A stretch of DNA of 47,582 nt from Mesotaenium endlicherianum (lineage: Eukaryota). The stretch is taken from assembly GCA_009602735.1 (NCBI GenBank), contig WELA01000540.1:7632-55213 (forward strand), given 5' to 3'. The position numbers were made by a program, and so were the translations under genes. Shown piece after piece: positions 1 through 12,768 of this stretch. The notes beneath the pieces are model-generated. The model ran no database searches. It worked only from the letters and a program-made list of their open reading frames with translations, and was not told where the DNA came from. The first letter of the stretch is position 1; every line of letters begins with the position of its first letter.

Positions 1-751
1 CTGGGGGAAAGAGAGAGGGGGAAGGGGGGGGGGAGGGAGGTTTGGTTTTTGTGGGCACATGAGCGAGCGAGCAGGAGCGAGCAAGCAAGCAAGGAAGTGC
101 CGAGACGGCAAGTCGTCCGAGAAAGGGAAATGACTTCAAACTCAAATTTGAGTACTTGTTGCAATGTTGCGAGGGGAGTGGCAGCAGACAGGTGTCGTCG
201 TCGTGGTAGCGTCTTGCCAACAAGGCCTGACGATCGGGCCAATTGGTTGGCGCCAGCCGCCAGCCGCCAACCACCAACCATGCTCCAGTTGCCAGACCTA
301 GGTCACTCTCCTTGAAGTGGTAAACGTCCAGCCATGACAGACCTCGTGTATGACACCTTGATCAAAGTCCGGCTGCCAAAAGCATGGCATCTCCACCCTA
401 AAAATCCCCACAACATTCTGGTCTAATGTACGTGCTATATATTTTATTAAGCTTAATCAATGTACACGCGATGTAAGCCTAGTGTATGTGCTACAAGATT
501 CAAGCAAGCTTCAGAATGCATGCAGGCGGCCAGTCCAAGGTGCCGCACACTAAGACATTGTCTGTTAACACTCAAACGCCCGGTCAGAATATATTACAGA
601 GAAAGAACAATTTGCAGATGACAAGCGAAGTGGTAAATATTTGCTCATGACGTTAACAAGAAGTAATGAGATCGGGGACCACAGGCCGGGAAAGAGAGAG
701 GCATTTAGAACTCACAATCGACTTAGGGTAATGAAAAGCGGATAAGGTTAC

Positions 752-952
752 CTGGAGCCAGAAGTTTCGAAATTTCTCCTCGGCAGTGGTACGTTTGAAG
801 CTCCAATTTGCACGGCTTGATAACTCACGCCTTAAGAGCTTGTTCACACTGTGCTTGATATCATCAGCGCTGGCAGTAGATCTTCTTTTAGAAGCCGACA
901 CTCGTCGTCCTGACGAAAAGCCAGGACTGCTTTGTACCCTAGCCTTCTCCAT
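752..952 (-). CDS. First coding exon of a plant WD40/transducin-like protein (At3g54190/At2g38630 family); gene continues toward or past the left edge
   Basis: MEKARVQSSPGFSSGRRVSASKRR...SVNKLLRRELSSRANWSFKRTTAEEKFRNFWLQ resembles the recalled family N-terminus (SGRR..AKKR...SVKKLQRREISSR....AQERFRN). Ends at a phase-0 donor CAG|GTAACC (752/751). The next exon (expected E.YDTHDPK) was not found in 1-750. Confidence 0.7.
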
Positions 953-3789
953 GGAAGCAATGCTGACTTAGGCCTCCATCTATCTTCAGGTTACCCAGCG
1001 TAAGTACGCACCCGAAAGGAAAGAAGTGTTATCCTTGCAAATGTGGTCCAGACCTAAGCAGGCTCACGTGCACCTTCTTCACGGTAGTCATCAATTCGAG
1101 GAGCCCGAAGAGGTTAAAAGCAAGCTCTTACCACGACACACTATATTTCTTAATGTGCATGGCACAAATTGCAATTTTTCATTTCAATGCAGACAAAAAA
1201 GCATGTCTTACTACAAACGCAAGTCCAATCCGACAAGCGCCATTTGGGTGCTGTATGCTTGTGAAAAGCTAATTCAAGAAGGTGGTTGCACGGTGCACAC
1301 CGTCATTCAATGTGCATGCAAAGTCTTGTCTGATTTCAAAATTTAGTGTGTATCCCGGCATGTTTTGGCCAGCGCCGGGGGTACTTGGCGTAGCCGTCAT
1401 GTTTTTGAATTGTGCCGGCAGGGCAGAGTTGCGCACCAACGCCAATCACACAGTCCGCAAGACCGGATTCACATTGGTGATTGTGGGCAAGTGAGGGCAA
1501 TCGACACGTCTAGTGCCGACAGTACACTTGCCATCACACGTGCACCTTATGTGCTTTTCCGGCTTTAGTGCAGTGAGTGGACAATGACGTCTTTTCGTAT
1601 TATTTTCGGATTGGGTTACTACGAACGACGTAAGCCACATATAATCAATCGAATATCAAATATGACGTGCAAAAAGCCTTCACACGACTGCTTGCTTTAT
1701 TCAGTCGAGACATGCAGTCCAGCAGGTGCGCGGGTAAACGACCAAACCTTTTACTTATGTTTTCAGCCTGACCTTCTTTAAAGACGTCCTTCCAAAATGT
1801 TATCGATGAAGGGCCTCAAGTTTTTCGCTCATACTCCGGTACTATGAACCCCTCATTGACGTGATATCTCTCCATACCAAGACAGAAGCGCGTATTCGAC
1901 GTTCGTGGACCCCTCACACCTGCCGCAGCCGTTCGAGGGATAACAACATAATCGAAGTTAGGGAAAAAGAAGAAAGTGGTGGAAACTGATGTAAGTAATT
2001 AAGCCAAGGGCAAAAAAGTAGTTGCCTTTTGTAGATGTATTTTGGTTGTGGGAAAGAAGGGCAAAAGAATTTGTGAGAAGGGCTCTTGCACATTATGTCT
2101 TACAATTGTTACCTATCATGACTAGGTTTATATGTGCCATACATAGTTTTGCAATAATACAAAAGTTCTCGTACATAAAATTGTAAATGTATTGTGGTAA
2201 TTGATACAGCCACTTGCAATCGCTTTCAAAACGACATGTCTTCAGTATATTATAGCTTCATACTTTGTATCTTACCAAAAACTTTTCCCAAAGATTTACT
2301 TTGGAGCCCTATCTTTGCAGGGTCTGCTGTTTGAGCTATTTAAGGTGTCTAACTTAAGTCTAGCAAAAATTGATGGTGGATCAAGTCTTGGACTATGGTG
2401 CTGCAAATTGTCAATTTCTTGCATTGTTGCTGCCGTTTCTCTGAAGTGCTTGGTATGTTGTTGTGTCACGTCTGCTTCATCAGATTAAATTAAAAAATGA
2501 GTATAATGATTGGGACGACCAAGCTAAGAACCTTATTTGGTCATTTGCCTCACCCGGGTTGCTTATGTAGAGGAGGTCGGAGGTGAAGGCTCCCACAAGT
2601 TGTTGCTCCCAGATCCTACAGGATAAAGTTACCTACTTGTGAAGATTGCTTCAGAAGAAACTTGAAAGGGGTCTTGGGAGTAACAAGCAAATTCAAAAGA
2701 GTTTTGGGGAAGTGGGCGAAGAGCGTACAAGTGTCAACAAGGAGTCAAAGAAGCACGTTAATGTGGCAATCTTCTTCCACTAGTTATGATGCAAAGTTGA
2801 GCAACATGTGGTTGTTCGTCAGATTGAAGTAATCCTGATTACATGGGTACTCTTGTTGCTTTTGCTTGGGAACAATGAACACAATATGATGTGGGGAGCT
2901 ATGTTGCGAAGCCAACCTTACGCATATTAAGCCAGGCCTTTAAGAAAGACCATAGTTGCACAAGTATATGTTATCAACACTACTCCTGAATCATTCATTG
3001 TTGCAGTTACAATCATTTTAGATTAGAAGTTGCCCGTTTCGGCGGCACCGCTGCACCTTCGTCAAGATAACTGAAAGTCTGTGAAGAGTAGCGAGTTGGC
3101 CAAAAATTAAGGAAAAAGGAGGCTACTCTAGTTAGGAGGATATAAAGCTTTAAGAGGAAGTACAAGAAGGGCAAGAAATTGAAAGACAAAAGATTATTGT
3201 CTAGCCTCGTTTGTCTCTTCTATACTTACTGAATTTTATGTGTGTATCTCTAATGTTTGACAATATGTAAGAACATGTATACACTATAACAACTCTTTCT
3301 GTTGATACTACCAAAGGTTGGAGAAGAGGTCGAGGTGGACATCAATAAGCAAGATTTCACCAAAAGTCGATTGCTACCTTAGAGTGTAGCCAAAAAGTTA
3401 TAAACACAGCCAAAGAGTAGTGTATCTTCGACGGCCTAGGCAAAGCTGCGCGTGAGCTACATGTATAAAATATAGAGACCAAAAAAATGTAGACATACCA
3501 AATTACAATACAATCGCATATATAGTTATTGCTATGTTTGCATCTCGACTAATAAATGGACAACCTCAGCATCTCTAAAGAGCAGTGCACATCAAGTCTC
3601 TAGCATTGCTTTTCCTAAATAGAAAAGGTGTTCCAGCCAACTCATTTTGATGCATTCACAACCACTGCTCGAAGATGGAGATAAATGACCTGAGATTATG
3701 ATGTATTCTAGAATTATTGCAGGATGGAGAAAGAAAGTAACCTGTTGCTACAAACAGCGCTACACTTAGAAAAAACAGGTGACGCCACT

Positions 3790-6110
3790 TTAATCATTGG
3801 CAAGTACCAGAAAGCCAACAGCTAGGTAAAGGAGGAGAACTGGGTAGACAGCTAAGGCTCGGCGAGTATGAGGAACAGCTCCAGATACAAATGGGTAGGC
3901 AGACCAAGAGCTCCAGGCGAGAGTAACAAGAACGACAATGCCTCGGAGCAGGCGGGAATCAATGAAGAGGCATGCAATGGCCCCAACATCCAGTGGGAAC
4001 AAGCAATAGCCGAGTACACTTAAGCTCTGGAAGAAGATTATCTTGCCACCCTGCCATCAACAGGATGACGACATGGACATGCAAACTTGCCTCGTCAGTA
4101 AACCTCCTGCAGTTCGTATCCACTACACAGAGAAATACCTTGGGAGAATAAACATTTTCCAGAAATTTCAAAGCCATCTGAGTGATGAGAAGCACCAGCC
4201 TACATTCCTGCTGTGCACAACCTGCTGCTTTGTAACCAGCGAGGGAGCACAAAAAACTTGACATCATGGCCTTGCAAACGAAATGAAGCTGGTCGAAATA
4301 GACACAGGAGCAGTGTCGCCACATCGCCTATCGGGCAGACTAACATAAGTAATAAGTGGAAGGAACCTGGACCAATAGGCGGAAAGGTACTCACAAGAAG
4401 AAGAACATTAAGGGTCAGGATGATGGCACCAGACGACAAGGTACCGAACACAGTAGCAAAAACTTTGCCCTGTACACACTCATGAAATCAGCAGCCGATG
4501 ACAAATAGCAACAATATGTATTTGTAAGAAGAGATATAAGAATTACTCCCATGGCTGTTGCTGGCAATGACAAAGATAGCACAAGGTCAACGAAATGCAG
4601 GCCACTGCGAAGCATGATATGAGGAACGACAAAACTTTTACGACAGAGACAACTGCTGGCACTACTGGAGATGCCTTCAGGAACAGGCGAGTGTCCCTGT
4701 ACAAACTGTATGTGGAACAGGGACCACTAGGTTCGGCAACTCTATTTTGCCAAACACTCCCCAAAATGTGGGTGCCAGAAGAGGGATTCAAGACTAATCT
4801 AACTGCACATCTCCAGCATTGAAGTAGCATGCCAATGAACTGCTTGCTTTATCTGGATAATTGTCAGCATATGGCATATTACTCCTTAAGCAAATACTTC
4901 ATTTGCCTAAAGTTGTCAAAGCCAAAACTCCCTTTTTGATCATTAGACGAACTCGATAAACCCCGACGCTTTCAGAGAAAGAACTCTATGGCTATGACCA
5001 AAACAATGTGCAAATGCCCGTACTCGTTCAGTCAATAGCTTGCAAGAACACCCAGTCCACAACAAGCGGATGTTCCCTAGCTTCTGAAGCTGCCAGGCAG
5101 TGGATTGAAAGTCCACCTGACTAGCACGCAAAGGTGATCTGCCTCTTGTGATAAGTACCTTATTGTGTGAGGCCGATGACGAGAGCACCAAAGAGAGGAA
5201 GATGATGAAGAAGAATGGTCCCCACAAATCCCAATCGCGCAAAGCTCTTCCCATATCCTCCCTATAAGGATTTGGAAAGACAACTTGTCGAAGATTCGTT
5301 CCCACCCGGACCACGTCTCGCTTCAGTGTGTCCCATACAGGCTCTGTCAAACACATCGCAGTTGACTTGGCACCTACTCAGCAGATAGGATTGCAGATTG
5401 CATAAGACCCTGAAATGAGGCTAAACCTTTTGTGCAGTGATTACTCTCCAAATGGGAGCCAACCAAACTTACTCGCTGCTCTCACTCAAAACAGAAATAG
5501 ACCAGCACATGACAACCCCAGCAAATCCACTCCGAATGTATCGCAACGTTTTCCTGCATGGTGCTTCACTCTGACTGTTGAGAGTCGGTAAGGAAAGCCA
5601 GGGTTGGGCCGATCTCAACTGTCTGTCTACACCAAGCAAGGACATGTGGATTTGGGTACGTCTCCAAATATGAAAAAATGGCCACAAAACACTTTCCTAC
5701 ATCAGCAACAGGCGATGCAAGGTGAACATCTTGGATGCTCACGACGCAACTGGACCACTACCCGTCAACAAGGATGATACGCATATTCAAACATGATCGG
5801 AAGGAAATAGGTTGAAGTGAGTCCAAACTAATTTACCCGTCAGCGTGCCATGGGTAGACCCCCCTCCAAATCCCGAAGTATTGCCATCCCGCAGACTGGA
5901 CCCCGAAATTGGTGCTAACGAAGAGGAGACTGAGGGAAGAAGAGGTGCCGACTGCGAAGGACCTTTAGAAGGTGCAACCTTTTTGGGGGTGGGTCCAGCA
6001 GAAGTGATCTCTGGCACCGGCTGAACGCTAACATTGAAAAGTCCCTCTATTTCATCAATATCAGATTGAGAGGACAGAAGTTGGCGGTTACCGCTGTCAA
6101 CATTTGACAT
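3790..6110 (-). CDS. YIP4: Yip1-domain Golgi/TGN membrane protein (YIP4a/b / YIPF6-like), 4 exons, 264 aa
   Basis: Exons 6110-5837, 5343-5159, 4469-4395, 4050-3790; all GT-AG, 795 nt in frame to TAA. Motifs [85 protein letters not shown]. Confidence 0.93.
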
Positions 6111-7091
6111 CGTTTAAATAAGAGAATGCACGAAAAGGGGAAGGCATAAAACGATGAATGCTTTATCTCTTACTGTTCACCAATATTGAACTGCATGGTG
6201 CTCTTCTTATCATATAATGACCAAGCATGCAAGACGAAAGCCGATCGAGGGGAAGTAACAGACAAGGGTGAACAAACTGAATGACTTTCTGTGTCGAAAC
6301 CTGACAAGATTTTCAGACGTGGTCGGGTTGAGGCTACACCAAACGTGTGTCCGGGCAAAACATAAAAATAGGTCCAAGCTGGTCCAAGCAGGTCCAAGTT
6401 AATTAAGGCCCAATATTCTTGAAGGGATTTAAAATAATCGATTTGAAAGCAGTCCCCAGACCTCAAGTTGTAAATCCGAACCAAGAGTATCAAGCAGTTT
6501 TGCGCTTCGACCAGCTTCGGCAATCTCTAGTGTGTCACAATGTGACGAACCGAGTGGGCGGCAAAAGTCGACGCCGGTTGACGCCATAAATTTGACGCTG
6601 ACGGTTGCAGTGACGATGACATCATCCGGGGGCCTCAAACGAGTAAAAGGGCGCCCGCAAAAGGCAGGCACTTTACGGGCAGCTTATGGGATCATTTTGG
6701 TGTCACCAAAAACCATTGCGACCATCCTAACCACTGTTCCGAATAAAACATTTTGTATAACAAAATGAAAGTGATCGTCCACAGAGGCCGACATGAAGTC
6801 CAAGCAAGTGTTGTTTGAACTGGCATGGACGATCTGCAGCAACTAACACCGCAGACTTCTCTGGCTACTGGAAATTGCTGCAGGTTCATGTGCACAGGGA
6901 GTGCTTCGGATATACCCTTCTTAGCGTAAGCACACCACTGGACGGCCACATAATACGACGCAACTTTGATAACGCAACCAGTGAAAGGACTTGTTTGCTC
7001 TTCAATTTGAACTTCATATATAGTTCAGTAAAAAAGCCGGGCCCTTCCACTCAAGCATCATGCAGACGCTCACTCCGTACTTGGTCGAAGG
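6111..7091. promoter_or_regulatory. Divergent (bidirectional) promoter region between YIP4 and SVR1
   Basis: Head-to-head start codons about 980 bp apart. Contains GGTCCAAG x3 (6371-6398) and five TGACG (6543-6615). Confidence 0.55.
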
Positions 7092-10000
7092 ATGAGAATT
7101 TATTCGATCAAGATGGGTGGTTCCTACTGTTTTATAGCTCACACTCTAGCGCCAAAGAGCTCGTGTGCTGGAATATTGCCATTGCTTGACCCCCCACCCT
7201 TAGAGAGATTATACAATGGGACTCGCAACTGCTGTACATTTGGCAACTCTAAGCCATCTCTCATCAATTCCAATTCAACTGTTTTGAGACATGCAGTACC
7301 TTCTTGCATAAAAGCCAGCGGTGCACCCTTATCACATGACGTTTCTTCAATCGGCGGGCTGGAAGGGACTCTGGCGGCTTGGAAAGGGCCATGGAGAAGT
7401 AGCTGGAAGCTGGGCACTGGTAAGATGTGTTTGACAAAACCAGAGCTCGAGAGCTGCACAGTTGTCAGTCATGGAGGTAGTCATACTCGTGGGTACACAA
7501 CCAGGTGTAGGGCTAGTTACGAAGCACAAACGGGACAGGGCAATGGCCAAAACCCTAAAGAAAGGAAGGAGGGTGGCCCTGCTGCATGGCAGCCTGATGC
7601 AGATGCACCGTCCTTGAGCTCTGTCTTTGGTGTGGGGGTCCCCAAACTTGTGATGGGTCCTGATGGCCTTCTGGCATCTAGTGGCCAGTCAACCCGTGGC
7701 AGTCAACCCTCTTTGACTGGCAGTCAACCCTCCTCCCTCCAGCAGTCTCCAAGGTCTGCCAGGCCCCTAGGTCCGCACGCTTCCTCCAGCAGAGGCAAAC
7801 CCCAGAGCCCCTCCTCCCCCAGTGCTAGCCGAACCAGCCCTGGCAGTCCGCTGCCCAGCCCCAGACCAAACCTCTCCCGGACCAGAGCAACGGCAACCGA
7901 TGCAAAGTCGGAGCTCAGAAAGTCGCGCATGGTGTCCAGCATCGACAGCTTCCGAGCGCCACAGCCAGGTCAGGAGAGAAAGGGCGACCCCAAGTACTCT
8001 AAGGCTGCCAGGCGCTACTTCAACAACAACTTCAGAGTGGCTGAGAGGTTGAGCAAGGTTCTTGCTGCTGCCGGAGGTGCTTCCCCCTCTCTCTTCACTC
8101 CCTTCACTCTCTTCTCTTCAATCCTCGCTCTTCAGGCTCCCCTCCCCTCCCCTCCCCTTCCCCTTCCTGCCTGCTCGCCTGCCCTCCTTCTCCCCTCCTT
8201 CTCTCCTGGCTGCTGCTGGAAGTGCTCTTGTTCTCTCTTAGCTCGTCCCTCTTCAACCCATTTAAAATTCAACCCCCCGCCTCTTTTTCCTACCTGCCCC
8301 CCCCCTTGTTCCTCCTCCTGCGGCCCTTCTGCCGCCGGGGGTGCTCTCATTCCCTCCCGCGCCTCTCCTTCCCTCTCCGCCTCCGCACACGCATCGCTCT
8401 TCCCTCCAATCTCTGCCCTCTCCTTCTCCTGTTCTCCCTTGCTCATGCCGGGGCTGCTACTTACACTCCCTCACCCCTCACCCTCCTCCCGCCTCCTCCC
8501 TCCTTCATCCTTCCCCTTCCCTCCCTCCTCCAGTTTGCCCCCCCTTGTTCCTGCCTCCCCCCTCCTCCCCGCCCTCTCTGGGGGGGACCTCTTCTCTCGC
8601 TCCTTTTTTGGATCCGGAACTCTTGAATGATTGCACCCTTGACAGTGTTGGACGGATTCTGAGAGCCCTGAGGATGAGGACGGAGACCTGGAGGATGAGA
8701 TCGAGAAGGCACTAGAATTCGGGCTTTTACTCCAGTTAAAACCCTAAATTTCAGAAGCCATGAACCTTACTTCAGAAACCGTTTAGAAACCCTGACTTTA
8801 GAAACCTTGAACTCGGAAGTTTTGACAATTTTAGGATTGGAGAGCCTCTTCTTCGCTCTTATCCGTAAACCCAGAGCCGGGAACTCGAAACCAGAAAGCC
8901 GAAACCAAAGAACAAAAAGCGAGAAGCCAAAATCAATAAGCCAGAAACCAAAAAATATAAACTGGGAACCAGGCACCAGACATCAGAAAACTCCGACCTT
9001 ACCAGATGCGGGGCGCACGCGGCGGCTGGGGGGCTTGCAGTTGCATCCAGGAGGGGGTCGGAAGACATCATCTTTGCCGGCAGGGTCACTGTCAATGGCG
9101 AAGTTTGCACAGTTCCGCAGGTGTGTCTCGCCCCCCCCCTCTCCATATATAGATTTATATACATGACTATCTCTCCTCCCCTCCTTTCCTCTCTCTCCTC
9201 CCTCTCTCTCCCCTCCCTCCTTCTGCCTCTTCTCTCCGCAGCCCTCTCGAGCCTGCCTGAAAGCAACCCTGCAAGCCATATTGGGTGCGCTGCCCTTTCC
9301 TCCTCGGAGTACCACCGCACCCGTGGATGATTCCCACTCTTACTTTGCCCACCTGGACACGGGTTACAGATTCCCTAAAGCGTGTGCTTCTCGGCACTCC
9401 GCTGCGGTATCGTTTGCAGAGGGCTATCCAGGGGAGGCCGCTAGCCTTGCAGCGCTTCGCAGAGGGGATGTTCTCATCTGTCAGAGCCTCTGCCACTATT
9501 CCTATACCGCACACTGAGAAAAGGGATGTAGCTTTTGCTCGATGTGGCGCTCATGCTAGGGCGAGACTGTATCTGGCCTGAGTTAGAGCGAGAATCAGGG
9601 TCCAGGTTGGGGTGCAGGTTGGCCTTTTTGACTTCGGGAAGGGCCAGGGTTGGGTTGGGGGTAGGGGTAGATTAGGGTTGGGTGGGGGGTTAGGGCGGGG
9701 TGAGGATTCCACGTAGAATCAAGTGAAGAGTGTAATAGGGTTTATGAGGTTAGGGGGTAGGGCTAGGTTAAAGAGTAGGAATGCAGATGCTGATTCGCAG
9801 GCATTGGGGAGAGGGGTGAAAGGGAGTTGGACGAGAAAAGGGAGCACCAGCACGCTGCAGAATGCGTGAGGGAGCGTGTCAGGCCTTCTGGCCCATGGGG
9901 CAGCGCATTCTGGCTGACCCTTGAGGCAGCCGGCTGCTGCCAAGTGGCGATTCCTGAGCCGCGGGTGGCTGGAACAGGATTTGCTCTGCCCCTCCTCACA

Positions 10001-12728
10001 GCAGGGCCCTTTTTTTGGAAACCAGCAGCTCTCAAACTGCAGCTCACCAAAAGCCCACTATATTGTGTAGGATGTCTGCTGGAAAAGTAGATGCACTAAG
10101 CCTTAGCCTTACACGTGTCGCTCACTCCAATCAGTGACTCGGCGTTGGCAGCGTCGGCTGCGGAGCTCCTGTCTGCATGGCGGCATGCGTGCTATGTGTG
10201 TATGCGTGCGCGCGCGCAGGCGTGCGTGTTTGGAGGAGTGCAACTGCGTACACGCAAGCGAGCGGGCAAGCGAGCGGGCGAATGTGCGCGTGCGCGTGTG
10301 CGTGCGGAGGAGCTGTGTGTGTGCACGCGTGCACGAGGGCTCGTGCGCGCCCATGTGGGGGGTGCATGGCTTCTCGTGGGCTGTGCGCGTGCGCGCATAT
10401 GACTCAGGGTGAGGCCGCCTGTCGGTGCGCAGGCCGTAGAGTGAGAGCCTGGCAGCGTGAGTGAGCGTGTGGTGAGTGCGAGGGGGAGCTTGAGCGTAGG
10501 TCCGATAGCCTGTGAGCGTGTGAGCGTGAGTGGGTGTGTGATTCTGAGGAAGCCTGCCTGGGCGCATCTCTGGCTGAGAACCTACACCCTCATGCGTGCT
10601 CTTGCCTGCCTTGCCTGCTCTCACTTGCTCCCTTGCCTCCTCGCCTCCTTGCCTGCTCTGACTGGCTTGCTTGCTCTGCTTTCTTGCGTCCTTGCTTGGG
10701 CTTGCCCGGGCTTGATTGCTTGCCTGGGCTTGCCTGGGCTTGATTGCTTGCCTGGGCTTGCCTGGGCTTGATTGCTTGCCTGAACTTGCCCGAGCCTGAT
10801 TGCTTGCCTGGGCTTGCCCGAGCCTGATTGCTTGCCTGGGCTTGCCTGAGCCTGAGCCTGAGTGCTTGCTTGCTTCATGGCAGACGGCGGTGGACCCGCT
10901 CAAGGACTCCATCTACGTGGACGGGAGCTCCCTGCCGCGCCGCGCCCCCCCCAAGCTCTACTTCATCCTCAACAAGCCCAAGGGGTGCGTACACGCACAC
11001 ACATATGTATATTGTAATATGTTGTATTATATATAATGTATAGTATAGTATATAATATAATATATAGTATATGACATAGTATATAGTATATATAGTATAG
11101 TATAGATTATATATATGTGCGATAGTATGTGTGTACTTGTGCGTATGTGTGCATGATGCGTGCCCCCCCTCCTTACTCTCGTATGCACGCACATGCGCGA
11201 GTGCATGCGTGCTTGTAATTTTTTTTTTTTCTTTGGAAAACCGTGGAGGCATACACACGCGCGCGCACGTACCACACTCGCGCATGCACAAGCATGTACA
11301 CATACTCACAAAGAGAGAAAGGAGAAGAGAGAGAAGGGGTTGTTGGGGGGGGGGGGGGGAGCAGGGCCTGAGGACTTCTGAGTTGGAAAGGATGACAGCA
11401 GCAGCGAGCAGGCAGATGTGAGCCGGTCAACGTGAGACGCAGAGGGGCTGCAAGGTTTCTTGCGGGAAGGAGAGCGGGAGGGGCTGACAGGGGGCCAAGC
11501 ACCGTGGGGCGTGCATGCCCTGTGTCCGATGCACCTTATGCAACAATGTGGCAAACAAGTGGCCCCCCCCCCTGTTTCTATTCTGGGCATGCACAGGCCC
11601 ACCCGTCGCGCGCACATGCCATGCGCGTGCACACACACATACACACACACACACACGCACACGCACACACACACACACATACGCACATGCACACGCTCGC
11701 ACACACGCACTCACGCACGCACGCACGCACACACATGCACATGTATGCACGCACGCACACACATGAACATGTACGCACACACGCACATATGCACGCAAAC
11801 ACATGCGCGCGCACAGGTTACGTAGGTGTGCACATCGAGGGCTCATTAGGAGATTGAGGGCCTGCTGGGGGCGTGGGGGCTTGTGGCGTCTCTGCGTCCG
11901 CGTCTGCTGGGGCGTCTGCAGGTACATATGCTCCAACGCCACGGATGGGCCGCGGCCAGTGCTGGAGCTGCTGGACAGCTACTTCACCACGTGGGTAAGA
12001 GCCCGTTGTTATTCTAGTTTGTTGCCGTGCTTCCAGCCGCAAATGGCTGGGCTGAGCAGTGGAGTCACTCTCTTTCTCCCTCTCTCCTCTCCCCCATTTC
12101 CTCCCCTTCCCCTTCCCCTCCCCCTCTCCGTCTTCCTCCCCTTCCTCCTCCCCCTCCCCCTCTCTCTTGCCCTTGCCCCCCGGCCTCGCCCTCCCCCTCC
12201 CTCTCTTGCCCTCTCCTTCCCCTCTTTTCCTCCCTCCCTCGCCCTCTTCCTCTCCCTCCTCCCCTTCCTCCTCCATCCCTTGCATGCCGTTTTCAAGAGG
12301 AGATGCGTGCACGCATCTTTGCGCATAGGCAGAATGCTCACTCATCGCACTTTCCTCTCCTCTTTCCCCGCCTGCTTGCTTGCCTGCCGTGACACATTGC
12401 TTGCCTGCTGGAGCGACAGATGGCGAGGAATCCGGGGCTCCCAAAGCCCAGGCTGTTTACGGTGGGCCGACTTGACGTCGCCACCACGGGCCTCTTGCTC
12501 GTCACCAACGACGGTATGCTGTCAAGCTCGCTCCCCTACTTGCATGCACGTACCTTTCCCCCCCCCACCCTTCCTCCATCCCGCCCTCTTTTCCTCCCTT
12601 TCTCCCTTCCCTATCTTCTCCTCTTCGGATATCCCACACTCGCCTTCTTGCTGTTATACATTTTAAATGTCTACCCCCTCCCCCCCCCCCCCNNNNNNNN
12701 NNNNNNNNNNNCCCCCCCCCCCCCCCCC

Positions 12729-12768
<40 letters not shown>

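Noticed and set aside
2100..3500. AT-rich intergenic stretch with broken coding-like segments
   Set aside because: No recognisable domain or element ends; cannot be supported without a search.
8077..8630. Continuation of the 512-aa ORF as coding sequence
   Set aside because: It is the C/T-rich intron after donor 8076/8077; homology resumes at 9041.
10691..10870. CRISPR-like array
   Set aside because: Head-to-tail units with no unique spacers, in a eukaryotic intron, with no cas genes.
10109..10912. 267-aa minus-strand ORF with QASPGK repeats
   Set aside because: Antisense translation of the 28-bp minisatellite and GT repeats in SVR1 intron 2.
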